In this document: positions 53,354-61,387 of the stretch, piece by piece | How the letters are laid out: each line of letters opens with the position of its first letter | Numbering within the stretch: position 1 is the stretch's first letter | From: a bacterium | Lineage (GTDB): Bacteria; Bacillota; Limnochordia; DTU080; RSA5 | Length of the DNA stretch: 62,693 bases | Assembly: GCA_002919195.1 (NCBI GenBank) | Contig: PKEU01000188.1 | Coordinates: 1-62,693 of the forward strand | Direction: 5' to 3' | The notes under the pieces: generated by a model | Seen by the model: the letters and a program-made list of their open reading frames with translations, nothing else | Told to the model about the DNA's origin: nothing | Databases searched by the model: none | Program-made: the position numbers and the translations under genes

Positions 53354-54742
53354 TTAAAACCGGAGCCCCGTCGAGAAGGCGACGGCCCACTCGGTGCTCT
53401 TCCCGCCGAGAAAGGCGCCCAGGTCCGGCGTGCCCACGTCGATGGTCACAAGGCCCAAGTTGACCCCAAAGCCCGCCGAGTACACCGGGCTGCTGCCGGA
53501 CGTGCTCCGCATGCCAAGGCGGAGCGGCAGCACCTTGAGGTACGCAAGCTCCACGCCAGCGCCAAAGGTGCTGGTCCCCTTGCCCGGGCCCTTCACCTGG
53601 TGGCTGTACTCCGCCGCCCAACGGATGGCGCCGCCGACCTTCCCGCCGATCCCCGCCCGCACGGTCTGGGGCGCGTCGATCGCGTAGTCTTTCAAGGGCT
53701 CACTGTCAATTTCTTTCATCTCAGCCTCAGGATCTGTCGACAAATCGCCGCCCTTGATATGCGCCTCGTAGATCCTCCGGTGCGCATCCTCCCACCGGAT
53801 TTCCCCGATATTGACCACAGCCAGGTCCACGAAGAGGTTGTCGTTGATCTCGACAGCAACGCCTACGTCGAAGGCACTGCCTCGTCCTTTTTCACCGGAG
53901 ACGATCTTCACCCTGGCATCGACAGCATCCTCGACCTTGGGAGCTCCGGTTAACGGATCCTCCTCTACCTTGAAACCTTCGCCGTCAGCCGTCACCTCGG
54001 CAAAGCCGATGCCGTAAAGCATCTTATAGCCGAGGCCAGCGTGGACGGCCTTTACGCCCAACATCCGCGCAAGGGGGGCGACCGGCATCGTCAGCGAGCC
54101 GCCCAGCTCGCCGTATCCCATCACGCTGCCGCCCGTCCGGGCGATGGAGTATTGCTTGTCGATCACGGGCTCTTCGTCCAGCAAGAATTCGAGAATCCCC
54201 TTGTCGAGCTGGGCGTCGACCGCCAACACGGCTTCGCCGCCGACACTGACCGGCCCGACGGCGAGCCGGGCTCCTGCCGCTCCGTCGGCGCCCAGGCGCC
54301 AAGCGCCGTCTTTATCGGGAATTTGCTGCAAGAACCATTGCTCGTCCTCGGGCTCCCAGTCCGACTCGGACAGCTTGCGAATATCCTCAAAGGTGAAAGC
54401 GTTGTTTTTGAGCGAGCCAACGATCGGCGTGAGGCTCAACTGGAAGCTGTGCTGCCGCAGCCCGAGAAGAGCCGGGTTGGCAGCGGCCGAGAGAGCTGAA
54501 CCTGCGTCAACGCCCACCACACCCGCGCCGACCGTCGCCGCCGACAAAGGCTGCGCCAAGGCCAACGGCTGCCCGTAACCCGACGAAACGCCCAGCAGCG
54601 CCAGGACCAACACGGTTGCCAACCGCCAAGTCCCTTTGTTGAAGCGACGCCGCTGCCCCGGCCCCCGCGCCAGGCGGCAATCCCGCCGCAGCCTCCTGAA
54701 AAGCTGAAATGTCTCCCGCCGGTGGTCCACCTCGAAGGACAT
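53354..54742 (-). CDS. Outer-membrane beta-barrel protein, distantly FadL-like; start uncertain
   Basis: Hydrophobic signal segment WRLATVLVLALLGVSSGYG. AGSALSAAANPALLGL is a FadL-type NPA motif. It is beta-patterned throughout and ends ...VAFSTGLRF. The ORF track start is 54817; I prefer Met26 (54742), after GGGGG. Confidence 0.55.
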   Translation of the reverse strand: MSFEVDHRRETFQLFRRLRRDCRLARGPGQRRRFNKGTWRLATVLVLALLGVSSGYGQPLALAQPLSAATVGAGVVGVDAGSALSAAANPALLGLRQHSFQLSLTPIVGSLKNNAFTFEDIRKLSESDWEPEDEQWFLQQIPDKDGAWRLGADGAAGARLAVGPVSVGGEAVLAVDAQLDKGILEFLLDEEPVIDKQYSIARTGGSVMGYGELGGSLTMPVAPLARMLGVKAVHAGLGYKMLYGIGFAEVTADGEGFKVEEDPLTGAPKVEDAVDARVKIVSGEKGRGSAFDVGVAVEINDNLFVDLAVVNIGEIRWEDAHRRIYEAHIKGGDLSTDPEAEMKEIDSEPLKDYAIDAPQTVRAGIGGKVGGAIRWAAEYSHQVKGPGKGTSTFGAGVELAYLKVLPLRLGMRSTSGSSPVYSAGFGVNLGLVTIDVGTPDLGAFLGGKSTEWAVAFSTGLRF

Positions 54743-55031
54743 CACCAAACCCCCAGTCGTCATAAATGTGATAGCTGTGGCCATTAAGAAAGATCGGTTG
54801 AAAAACGATCGCTCCAAACACTAAGGTGATCCGCCGGGCAGAAAGCGGAATACACAAAAGAAGGAGAAACCTTTGGGCCCCGACCTGCCCTCCGGTTTCT
54901 CCATGGGGAAGAGGGACCGACGCGTCGCGACGCGCCAGTCTCGCCAATACCCCCCCGGACGACGACGTCCGACCCGCGTCTACCACCCATTGACGCCCAT
55001 TTCTGCCAAATCGCTCAATGTCCTGCTACCT

Positions 55032-55081
55032 TTGGCCTATGATCTGAGACTTTTGGCCTACGACTTATGGCCCCTACTGCT
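55032..55081. repeat. Direct repeats TTGGCCTAYGAYYT x2 (21-nt period) plus a degenerate third copy
   Basis: TTGGCCTATGATCT at 55032-55045, TTGGCCTACGACTT at 55053-55066, then ATGGCCCCTACTGCT. Confidence 0.6.
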
Positions 55082-55222
55082 CCCCCGGGCACACTCCTTC
55101 GATGTTGCCTGCCCTCCGTACCCCCCAAGAGGGCTAAAGCCCAGCAGGAAAACCTCCGGCCACCACCCTGAAGGCCAGCTCATGTCAAGAGCCCAGCGTA
55201 GACCAAGGGCCCCAGCCTCATC

Positions 55223-55558
55223 CTACAACCCGAGCCACTGCAGCGTCTTGTTCACCTTTGTCCAAAACGTGCGGCTGCGCGACGGCTGGGATTTCGGCTT
55301 CCCGCGCCCAGCGGCCGAGCTCTCTTGAACCTTCAGCTCCTTGTACCGCTCGATGATCGGCGCAGGATCACACCCAATCGCCCTGGCGTAAGAACGGATA
55401 AACCCCCTCACGTAGGGGTCTTCCGGAAGGACGTCAAACCTGCCCTCTTCGAGGGCTTGAAGGTAGCGGAGAGAGATCTTCGTCTCATCCCGGATTGACT
55501 CCAGTGAGATCTCGCGCCGGGTGCGCTCTTTTTGGAGCCATTCACCGATCTCTTTCAA
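55223..55558 (-). CDS. RodZ-like helix-turn-helix (HTH_25) protein lacking the TM and C-terminal domains
   Basis: IGEWLQKERTRREISLESIRDETKISLRYLQALEEGRFDVLPEDPYVRGFIRSYARAIG is the RodZ N-terminal pattern. A TTG start follows AAAGGAGGAG. Confidence 0.7.
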   Translation of the reverse strand: MKEIGEWLQKERTRREISLESIRDETKISLRYLQALEEGRFDVLPEDPYVRGFIRSYARAIGCDPAPIIERYKELKVQESSAAGRGKPKSQPSRSRTFWTKVNKTLQWLGL

Positions 55559-55748
55559 CCCGGCCGTCTCCTCCTTTGGTCCGGTTACATCACGAACATC
55601 TATCTATTTCATCGGCTTTACGTGTCGATTTCTGGAGAAAAATCTGGGAAAATATCTCGAATACCCCAGGATTTGTTCGGGTCGCAACCAATCAATCCTG
55701 CCGTCGCGAGCTAAGGACACGCGACGTACGGCAAAGCGGGCGTCGTTT

Positions 55749-56645
55749 CTAAAACGACCGCAGTCCCAGCAGCGCCATGACTGCGCCGGCCAAGGTCGCG
55801 GCGAAGTTCACCACGTCGTTGTCGACAAATCGCCATCCTCGTGGACGCTGGACCGGATGCTTATGCTTCGGATCCTCGATCGTCCGCCCACATGCCGCGC
55901 AGTACGCCTTATACTGCACCCCGGCCCCGAGGAGACTGTCAAACCACATGCCCGCAAACCCCGCCACCTCAATCGCCATCGCGTGGCTGATCCCCAAGTC
56001 TTCCCACACCCATGCAGCCGCCGTGCCGATCATGGCTGCGCCGACCAAACCAGCGAACGTACCGTACGCCGTCATCCCGCCCGATTCTCCTGGCTCGACG
56101 ATCCGGGCTGTCAGCGCTGACCGCGGTATCCCCTTGGCCCAACGCCCGATCTCCGTCGCCCACGTGTCCGCCGTCGCAGCGGCAAGAGCGCCGGCCAGAG
56201 CCACCTTGGGCCAGACGCCCAAAGCGCCCGCCGCGCCGAGGACTCCAGCCAACCAGCCCGGCGCCGCCAACGCGCCAGATGCCTCCCAACCCAGTGCACG
56301 AGTCTGAGCCTCGACGATCGCGAGCCACACAGCGGCCAGGGCCGCCACCGCTCCATTGGCCAGCACCTGGCGAGCGTTGCGCGGTTGTGACTTTTTGGGC
56401 TGCGAGTCCGCGCCATGCGCCTCTTCCCGGTTGAGCCGAGACAACAGGCTGGACGAGACAAAGAAAAGCAGGAGGATGACCGCCCCCTGCCAGCCCGCAA
56501 AGCCAAAGATGCACCCACCCACCACCACCGCGGCGATGGCGCCATCCAAGGTCAGCCAACCCAGCCGATGGCCCAATGCCCCAATGCCCAAAGCGCCGAG
56601 AAAGCCTGCAATCACCATCCCTATTGAAATTGAAACGGAATGCAC
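55749..56645 (-). CDS. DUF92/TMEM19 family integral membrane protein (VTE6-like family)
   Basis: GWLTLDGAIAAVVVGG..., ...ANGAVAALAA..., ...ATADTWATEIG... motifs. A GTG start at 56645 follows AAGGAGG. A C-terminal CxxC-containing tail is present. Confidence 0.65.
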   Translation of the reverse strand: MHSVSISIGMVIAGFLGALGIGALGHRLGWLTLDGAIAAVVVGGCIFGFAGWQGAVILLLFFVSSSLLSRLNREEAHGADSQPKKSQPRNARQVLANGAVAALAAVWLAIVEAQTRALGWEASGALAAPGWLAGVLGAAGALGVWPKVALAGALAAATADTWATEIGRWAKGIPRSALTARIVEPGESGGMTAYGTFAGLVGAAMIGTAAAWVWEDLGISHAMAIEVAGFAGMWFDSLLGAGVQYKAYCAACGRTIEDPKHKHPVQRPRGWRFVDNDVVNFAATLAGAVMALLGLRSF

Positions 56646-56790
56646 TCTCCCGGCGCCTCCTTGACGCGACTGTCTCATTGGATGTGGCTCGCACGCGTTG
56701 CGCGCTGACGCTCGCCGAGGTGAGGTCGTGATCTCGGGGCCCGCTCCACGCGCCTACGATCGGTTCCGCGCGCCTGCGGTTGGTTCTCAC

Positions 56791-56848
56791 GCGACCAGTT
56801 TCCCCAACGACCGGTGCCCGCGAACGGCTCCCCGGCGACCGATTCCCC
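56791..56848. repeat. Four degenerate tandem copies of a ~15-nt unit (GCGACCGnTTCCCC)
   Basis: gcgaccagtttcccc / aacgaccggtgcc / cgcgaacggctcccc / ggcgaccgattcccc, in the non-coding gap between nfo and the DUF92 gene. Confidence 0.6.
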
Positions 56849-56944
56849 CGCGCCCCTATCCCTCCCTCGTTCCCTGCTCGTCTGTTTCATTTCGTGTTGG
56901 ATTGGGAGTGAACGGGAAAGGGACAGCACACGCGCCGTCAACAT

Positions 56945-56977
56945 CTTTTTGCCAAAAGCCAACGCGAGACTGTTGGC
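56945..56977 (-). terminator. Intrinsic terminator after nfo
   Basis: The minus strand reads GCCAAC-agtctcgc-GTTGGC followed by TTTTGGCAAAAAG. Confidence 0.5.
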
Positions 56978-57012
56978 CCGCACCGTCTACCGTTAAGCGT
57001 TCGCCGTCAGCA

Positions 57013-57846
57013 TTACACGCCGGCCCAGGCGCGGGCTTTACGGATCTCGTCCGCGTACTCCAGCTCGTCTTCGACGGGCGTCTCAATGATGACCGGGAGG
57101 TGGCGGAAACGAGGTTCGGTGAGAAAACGCCGCAGGTTTTCTTCGCCGATTTCGCCCTGGCCCAAGAGGGCATGGCGGTCGCGCCTTGCTCCAAAGGGCG
57201 CCATGCTGTCGTTGAGGTGAATCACCTTGACCAGCGGGAAAAACGCGTCGTCACAAAACTGCTCGAGAAACCTGTCCCAATCGTCAAAGTCGAGCAAGCC
57301 CGACGCAAACGCGTGGCAGGTGTCAAAGCAGATTCCCACCCGTTCCTTATCCTCGATCCGCTCATAAATGCTGAGGAGCTCCTCGATCGTCTGCCCCAGC
57401 TCGCTTCCCTGCCCCGCGGTGTTTTCCATCAGAAACATCGTCTTGCCGTCAAATTGCTCCAACACCCGGTTGATGGCCTCGGCCATCAGCTGTTCGCCCC
57501 GCTCGCGGCCTTCGCCCACGTGTTTTCCGCAATGGACCACGAGGTAGTCCGTGCCGTAGGCGTCGGCGATCTCCAGATCGTTGACGATCGAAGCGATGCT
57601 GATTTCCCAAAGCGAGGGATCGGGCGTCGAGAGGTTGGTGACATAAGGCGAGTGGCAAACCGAGCGGATGTCCGCCTTGACCGCTGCCTCCGCCAGCTTG
57701 CGATACTCATCGGGATCAAACTTCTTGGGCCGATAACTCTTAGGGTTTTTGGGGAAGTATTGAACAACGTCGGCCCCCACTTCGAGGGCGCGATCGACCA
57801 TCTTATCAAACCCTTTGGAGACGCTCAGGTGGCATCCAATACGCAC
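57013..57846 (-). CDS. nfo: Deoxyribonuclease IV (endonuclease IV)
   Basis: IGCHLS...HSPYVTNL...LVVHCG...LMENTAGQGSELG...FDTCHAFASG...IHLNDS...DRHALLGQGEIG...PVIIETP parallels E. coli Nfo. Confidence 0.9.
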   Translation of the reverse strand: MRIGCHLSVSKGFDKMVDRALEVGADVVQYFPKNPKSYRPKKFDPDEYRKLAEAAVKADIRSVCHSPYVTNLSTPDPSLWEISIASIVNDLEIADAYGTDYLVVHCGKHVGEGRERGEQLMAEAINRVLEQFDGKTMFLMENTAGQGSELGQTIEELLSIYERIEDKERVGICFDTCHAFASGLLDFDDWDRFLEQFCDDAFFPLVKVIHLNDSMAPFGARRDRHALLGQGEIGEENLRRFLTEPRFRHLPVIIETPVEDELEYADEIRKARAWAGV

Positions 57847-58190
57847 GAGCCTTTCACCTCATCAAAGACTTGTCGCTTGCGGCAGCGACAGGAAATGACG
57901 TACACTGCTGTTGACAAACCAACCTCGGCTTCGGTGTACGGACAGCGGTTTCCTCCCCGCTTTGGTCCGGCGCTCGCTGGCCTCCTTTTCGGCTTGGGTT
58001 TGGCTCCGGACCGGCTTCGAGCTTCGGGGCGTCTCGGCCCAGCTCATGCCCGCTCGTTTCCGAGCCTCGCCGGGAGGACACGTCACCCCGGTTTCGTCGC
58101 ACCGGGCACTCTTTTCGACCAGGCCGCTCCGGTCCCGTCACGACGGGCCGCGCGGTCCCGGCCAAATCGCACGTCGATGGAGGTGCTCGC

Positions 58191-58469
58191 ATGACGCGCT
58201 TGTACGAAGTTTACCTGGAGTACGTTCAAGAAGAAGGCCCCATCGAACTCGAGCCCTTTCTCGAGCAGGTGGTTGCAGGACAACACGGCGAGTTTTCGCC
58301 AGAGGAGATCGACGACTTCATCGACGAGGTCTTGGGCGCGATGATCGACAACATCCGCAGCAAGGTGGATGAGGCGCCCTACCTCGAAGACATGCGAGAA
58401 GAGGTCGAAGCTGAAACCTACGCCCGGATCAAAGAGCTCAAGGAAAAATACGGCAGCGGGCGCAAATAG
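58191..58469 (+). CDS. Small acidic helical protein (unknown function)
   Basis: GGAGGTG SD with 5-nt spacing, GC-rich third codon positions, 92 aa, Glu/Asp-rich. Confidence 0.55.
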   Translation: MTRLYEVYLEYVQEEGPIELEPFLEQVVAGQHGEFSPEEIDDFIDEVLGAMIDNIRSKVDEAPYLEDMREEVEAETYARIKELKEKYGSGRK

Positions 58470-58569
58470 AGCGCGGCAACGTCACCCCGCTCCCGTATCG
58501 CACGCCGGCTCCCGCGGAGAGCGATGCTTCCCTTCCCGGATGAAGTCACGAGGTGATCGGGAAAACAGA

Positions 58570-58595
58570 GCGCAGGCCATATGAGGGCCTGCGCC
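58570..58595. terminator. 9-bp perfect hairpin between convergent genes
   Basis: GCGCAGGCC-atatgag-GGCCTGCGC. On the minus strand it is followed by TCTGTTTTCCC. Confidence 0.5.
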
Positions 58596-58614
58596 GATCT
58601 CCAGACTTCGCCTG

Positions 58615-58723
58615 GAAGCCAAGCTTTGTAACGCAGCCAAGCTTCCTAACGCATGAAAGCCAGGCTTCCTAGCGCCCAAGGGATGCCTCGAGCTACACCT
58701 CGAGCTGCACCTGGAGCTATAAC
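58615..58723. repeat. Two adjacent short tandem-repeat blocks
   Basis: Block 1 has three degenerate copies of AGCCAAGCTTyyTARCGC (58615-58675). Block 2 has three copies of CTSGAGCTRYAC (58686-58723). They span the stop codon of the 874-aa gene. Confidence 0.6.
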
Positions 58724-61341
58724 AACTCCTCCGCGCCCTCCAGCGCCAGGGCGTAAAAGCGTTCGCTGTAGCGGGCGCGAAACTCGTCCCAGGCGAAAGA
58801 CCTGCCGTTCCACCGTTCGACCAGCGCCCGGTCGTCGTGGAGCGCCTCGGAAAAGATCTCCCGATACCGTGACGGAAAGGTGAAAACGGGGCCGAGGGAG
58901 ATCACGTCGTCGCCCACAGGGACCAGCCTCGCAAAGATCACATCGCCCTGGGACACAGTTTCGGGCAGCCGCAACCAATCGACCGAAACGGTGGACTCGT
59001 CGAGGAGATCGATCAACACCAGCCGGTTGCGGGTGGCCGCGCCTTGGCCCCGCTCGAGGTGCTCAACCCCCTCCACCACGTAAAACGAAGGGTGCCGCCC
59101 GAGCCACCCCCTTAAAGTCTCGGCCTCCCGGGGAGCCCAGTCGCCCAAGCGGATCGCTTCTTCGAGGAGGGTGCGCCCCCCCATCACCGGCACCCGCCAG
59201 TCAAAGTGGAACCAATCGTAAAACACCTCTTCCCACTCGATCGCCGGGTGCCAGCCGACGTGGGACGAGAAAAACGCCTGCGCCTTTTCCCGCAGCGCCC
59301 CATGGACACCCCGTTCCTCCAGCGCGCGGGCCAGGATTTCCCGGACGTACTGCGCGAAAGCAACGCTCTCGTGAACGCCGCCGTCCTCAGGCACCAGCTC
59401 CATCATGCCCACATTGAGCCCGAAAGCGCTTTCAGCGCTGGGGCCAAAGACGGCGTACCGCGGGTCAAAGATCTCGAGGTTTAAAAGATCGATCATCCGC
59501 ATCGAGTTGGTCGACACAGAAGAGACGCCCACGCCGTAGAGCTCGGCGATCTCTCCCAACTCCACCGGCCAGTGCTCGACGTAAGCGAGGCAGGCGTGCA
59601 GCGCCGCTGCCCATGCCGCCGGCTTGCGGATGACAGGGAACGCCAAGCTGCAGTAGTTCCACCACATCCAAACAGCGCTGTCGATGAGCTCGGGCGAGAG
59701 CGTGGGCTCGCCGACCCGGCGAAGTTCGTCGAGCACCGCCAGCTCGGAGTCGCGGTTCCACGCATCGGGCGTTGCGCCCAAGGGATAGCCAAACCCCGCG
59801 TCGTCCGCGAGGCCCAGCCGGCGCCGGAGCTCCGCCGGCGCAGCCGCCCCATCGTCCCCAAAGCGGTTGCGTTGCTGGTACTCCATCTGCTTGAGCAACT
59901 CGGCCACGCGGATCCTCCCAAGAGGACGCCGCGCCAGCTCCCTCGGGCTCGATCCCCGGAGCGCGGGCAACCGCTCTCTCAACCACCCTTCGAGAAACTG
60001 CTCCGAGGCCCAAGCTTGTTGAGAGGTCTCTCCGGAAGTGACACGGACTTCCTCCACCGGGTCCGCTTCCTTCAAACCCGGGGCCGCGCCTTGACCCGCA
60101 CCTAGTCCGGTCCCTGGTCCGGTATCTGCTCCGGTATCAGGACGGCCACCATGACCGGCACCTTGACAGGCGCCTTGCGCGACACTACCTGCGCCCTGAC
60201 CGGTGCCTTGACCCGTGCCTTCGTCCATACCTTTGCCCGCGCCTTGACCCAAGCCCCGGCCCGGCTCTCGCGCCAATCCCGGTGCAAACCGGTCGGCGCT
60301 CCCCGCTGCCTCCGTCGCGCCGCGTTCCTCCAGCTCGACACCGGGCGGCGCGCCGGCACCATAACCTGGCCTCGGCACGGTTTCCTGATACGCGTCGACC
60401 AAGTGCTTGACCAGATCGCCCAGCCGCTGCGCCACGATGCCCTTGAGCACCTCGAGGCGCTCCGGAGACCAGCAGCGCACTTGCATGCGGCGCCCGTTGA
60501 GGTGAATCTGGGCCATGGCGCGCCGGGCGTCCCGGTGGTCCGCTTCACCTTCAAACCAGAGCAAGCGCCCCGGCCGCAGCAAGCACACATCGCGCCCCTC
60601 CAGCAGCCGGGAAGTCACGGCCTCAGGATCCTTCACGTCGTACACCGCTTGCGCGTGCACCAGGCGGTACGCCCGTTCCTCCTGGGCGTGGGCAACCGCG
60701 ATCTCGTTTTCCAGCTGGATGACAAGGTCGTGGAAATAGTGACCGTACTCCCGCAAAAACCGTTCGACCGTCGCGCCCGGGGTGCGCTTGCGGTACCGGC
60801 GGTATTCGCCTCGCAGGTGTTCGATAAACGTCTCTTTGATCGAAGGGGGAAGCACCAGGTAGTTCGCGGACAACTCGTACCCGCGCCCCATCGCCAAGGG
60901 CCTGCCGATGACAAGCGACCAGCGAATGGGCGTCTTCATGGGCACCCGCACGCCCTCGAGCCGCTTGCCCGTCAAGAGGTCCGTCATCTGCCACAAGTCG
61001 CCCTTGCCGTCCACCAGCTCCAGCAGGCTGAGGTGCGCGTGCAACCATTGGCGAAGCAGGCGCCGCCCCCCGGCCGAAAGGTCCGACCGCTTTTCCAGGT
61101 CAAAGAGCTCGATGAGCCTGTGGCCATTGGAAAGGGGGTAGTCGTAGACAAACCACTCCATAAACCGCTCGAAATCTGCCTCGTCGAGCGGTCCAAACTC
61201 CCCCAGACCATGGCCGAAGTAAAAGTCAAACGCGGTCTCAAACTCCCGATTAAACCTCGGCCGGCTGGCAAACCGGCCCAGCTTGTCGCGCAGCTCCTCG
61301 GCCGCTCGCTGCAGTTCTCCCCCGCGCTCCGAACGGCTCAA
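58717..61341 (-). CDS. 874-aa uncharacterised cytoplasmic protein with an internally duplicated module and a Gly-Gln-rich linker
   Basis: TTG at 61341 follows GGAGGT, and this start avoids overlap with pepF. No TM or signal sequence. The N- and C-terminal modules are related. Central GxGQG repeats are present, along with an HTH-like segment LGEIAELYGVGVSSVSTNSMRMIDLL. Confidence 0.6.
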   Translation of the reverse strand: MSRSERGGELQRAAEELRDKLGRFASRPRFNREFETAFDFYFGHGLGEFGPLDEADFERFMEWFVYDYPLSNGHRLIELFDLEKRSDLSAGGRRLLRQWLHAHLSLLELVDGKGDLWQMTDLLTGKRLEGVRVPMKTPIRWSLVIGRPLAMGRGYELSANYLVLPPSIKETFIEHLRGEYRRYRKRTPGATVERFLREYGHYFHDLVIQLENEIAVAHAQEERAYRLVHAQAVYDVKDPEAVTSRLLEGRDVCLLRPGRLLWFEGEADHRDARRAMAQIHLNGRRMQVRCWSPERLEVLKGIVAQRLGDLVKHLVDAYQETVPRPGYGAGAPPGVELEERGATEAAGSADRFAPGLAREPGRGLGQGAGKGMDEGTGQGTGQGAGSVAQGACQGAGHGGRPDTGADTGPGTGLGAGQGAAPGLKEADPVEEVRVTSGETSQQAWASEQFLEGWLRERLPALRGSSPRELARRPLGRIRVAELLKQMEYQQRNRFGDDGAAAPAELRRRLGLADDAGFGYPLGATPDAWNRDSELAVLDELRRVGEPTLSPELIDSAVWMWWNYCSLAFPVIRKPAAWAAALHACLAYVEHWPVELGEIAELYGVGVSSVSTNSMRMIDLLNLEIFDPRYAVFGPSAESAFGLNVGMMELVPEDGGVHESVAFAQYVREILARALEERGVHGALREKAQAFFSSHVGWHPAIEWEEVFYDWFHFDWRVPVMGGRTLLEEAIRLGDWAPREAETLRGWLGRHPSFYVVEGVEHLERGQGAATRNRLVLIDLLDESTVSVDWLRLPETVSQGDVIFARLVPVGDDVISLGPVFTFPSRYREIFSEALHDDRALVERWNGRSFAWDEFRARYSERFYALALEGAEELL

Positions 61342-61387
61342 GCGACAGGCACCTCCAGGCGTCTCCCCCGACGGCTTTTCAAGATGA

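Noticed and set aside
53354-54817. TolC-type outer-membrane channel for the MacAB pump
   Set aside because: The sequence has no long helical coiled-coil repeats characteristic of TolC/OEP proteins. It is beta-patterned with a FadL-like NPA motif.
56698-58194. 498-aa plus-strand ORF
   Set aside because: It is antisense to nfo plus flanking non-coding DNA, with an Arg/Pro-rich translation and no motifs.
58615-58723. Possible CRISPR array
   Set aside because: The repeat units are only 12-20 nt, directly abutting with no spacers, limited to three copies each, and no cas genes are nearby.
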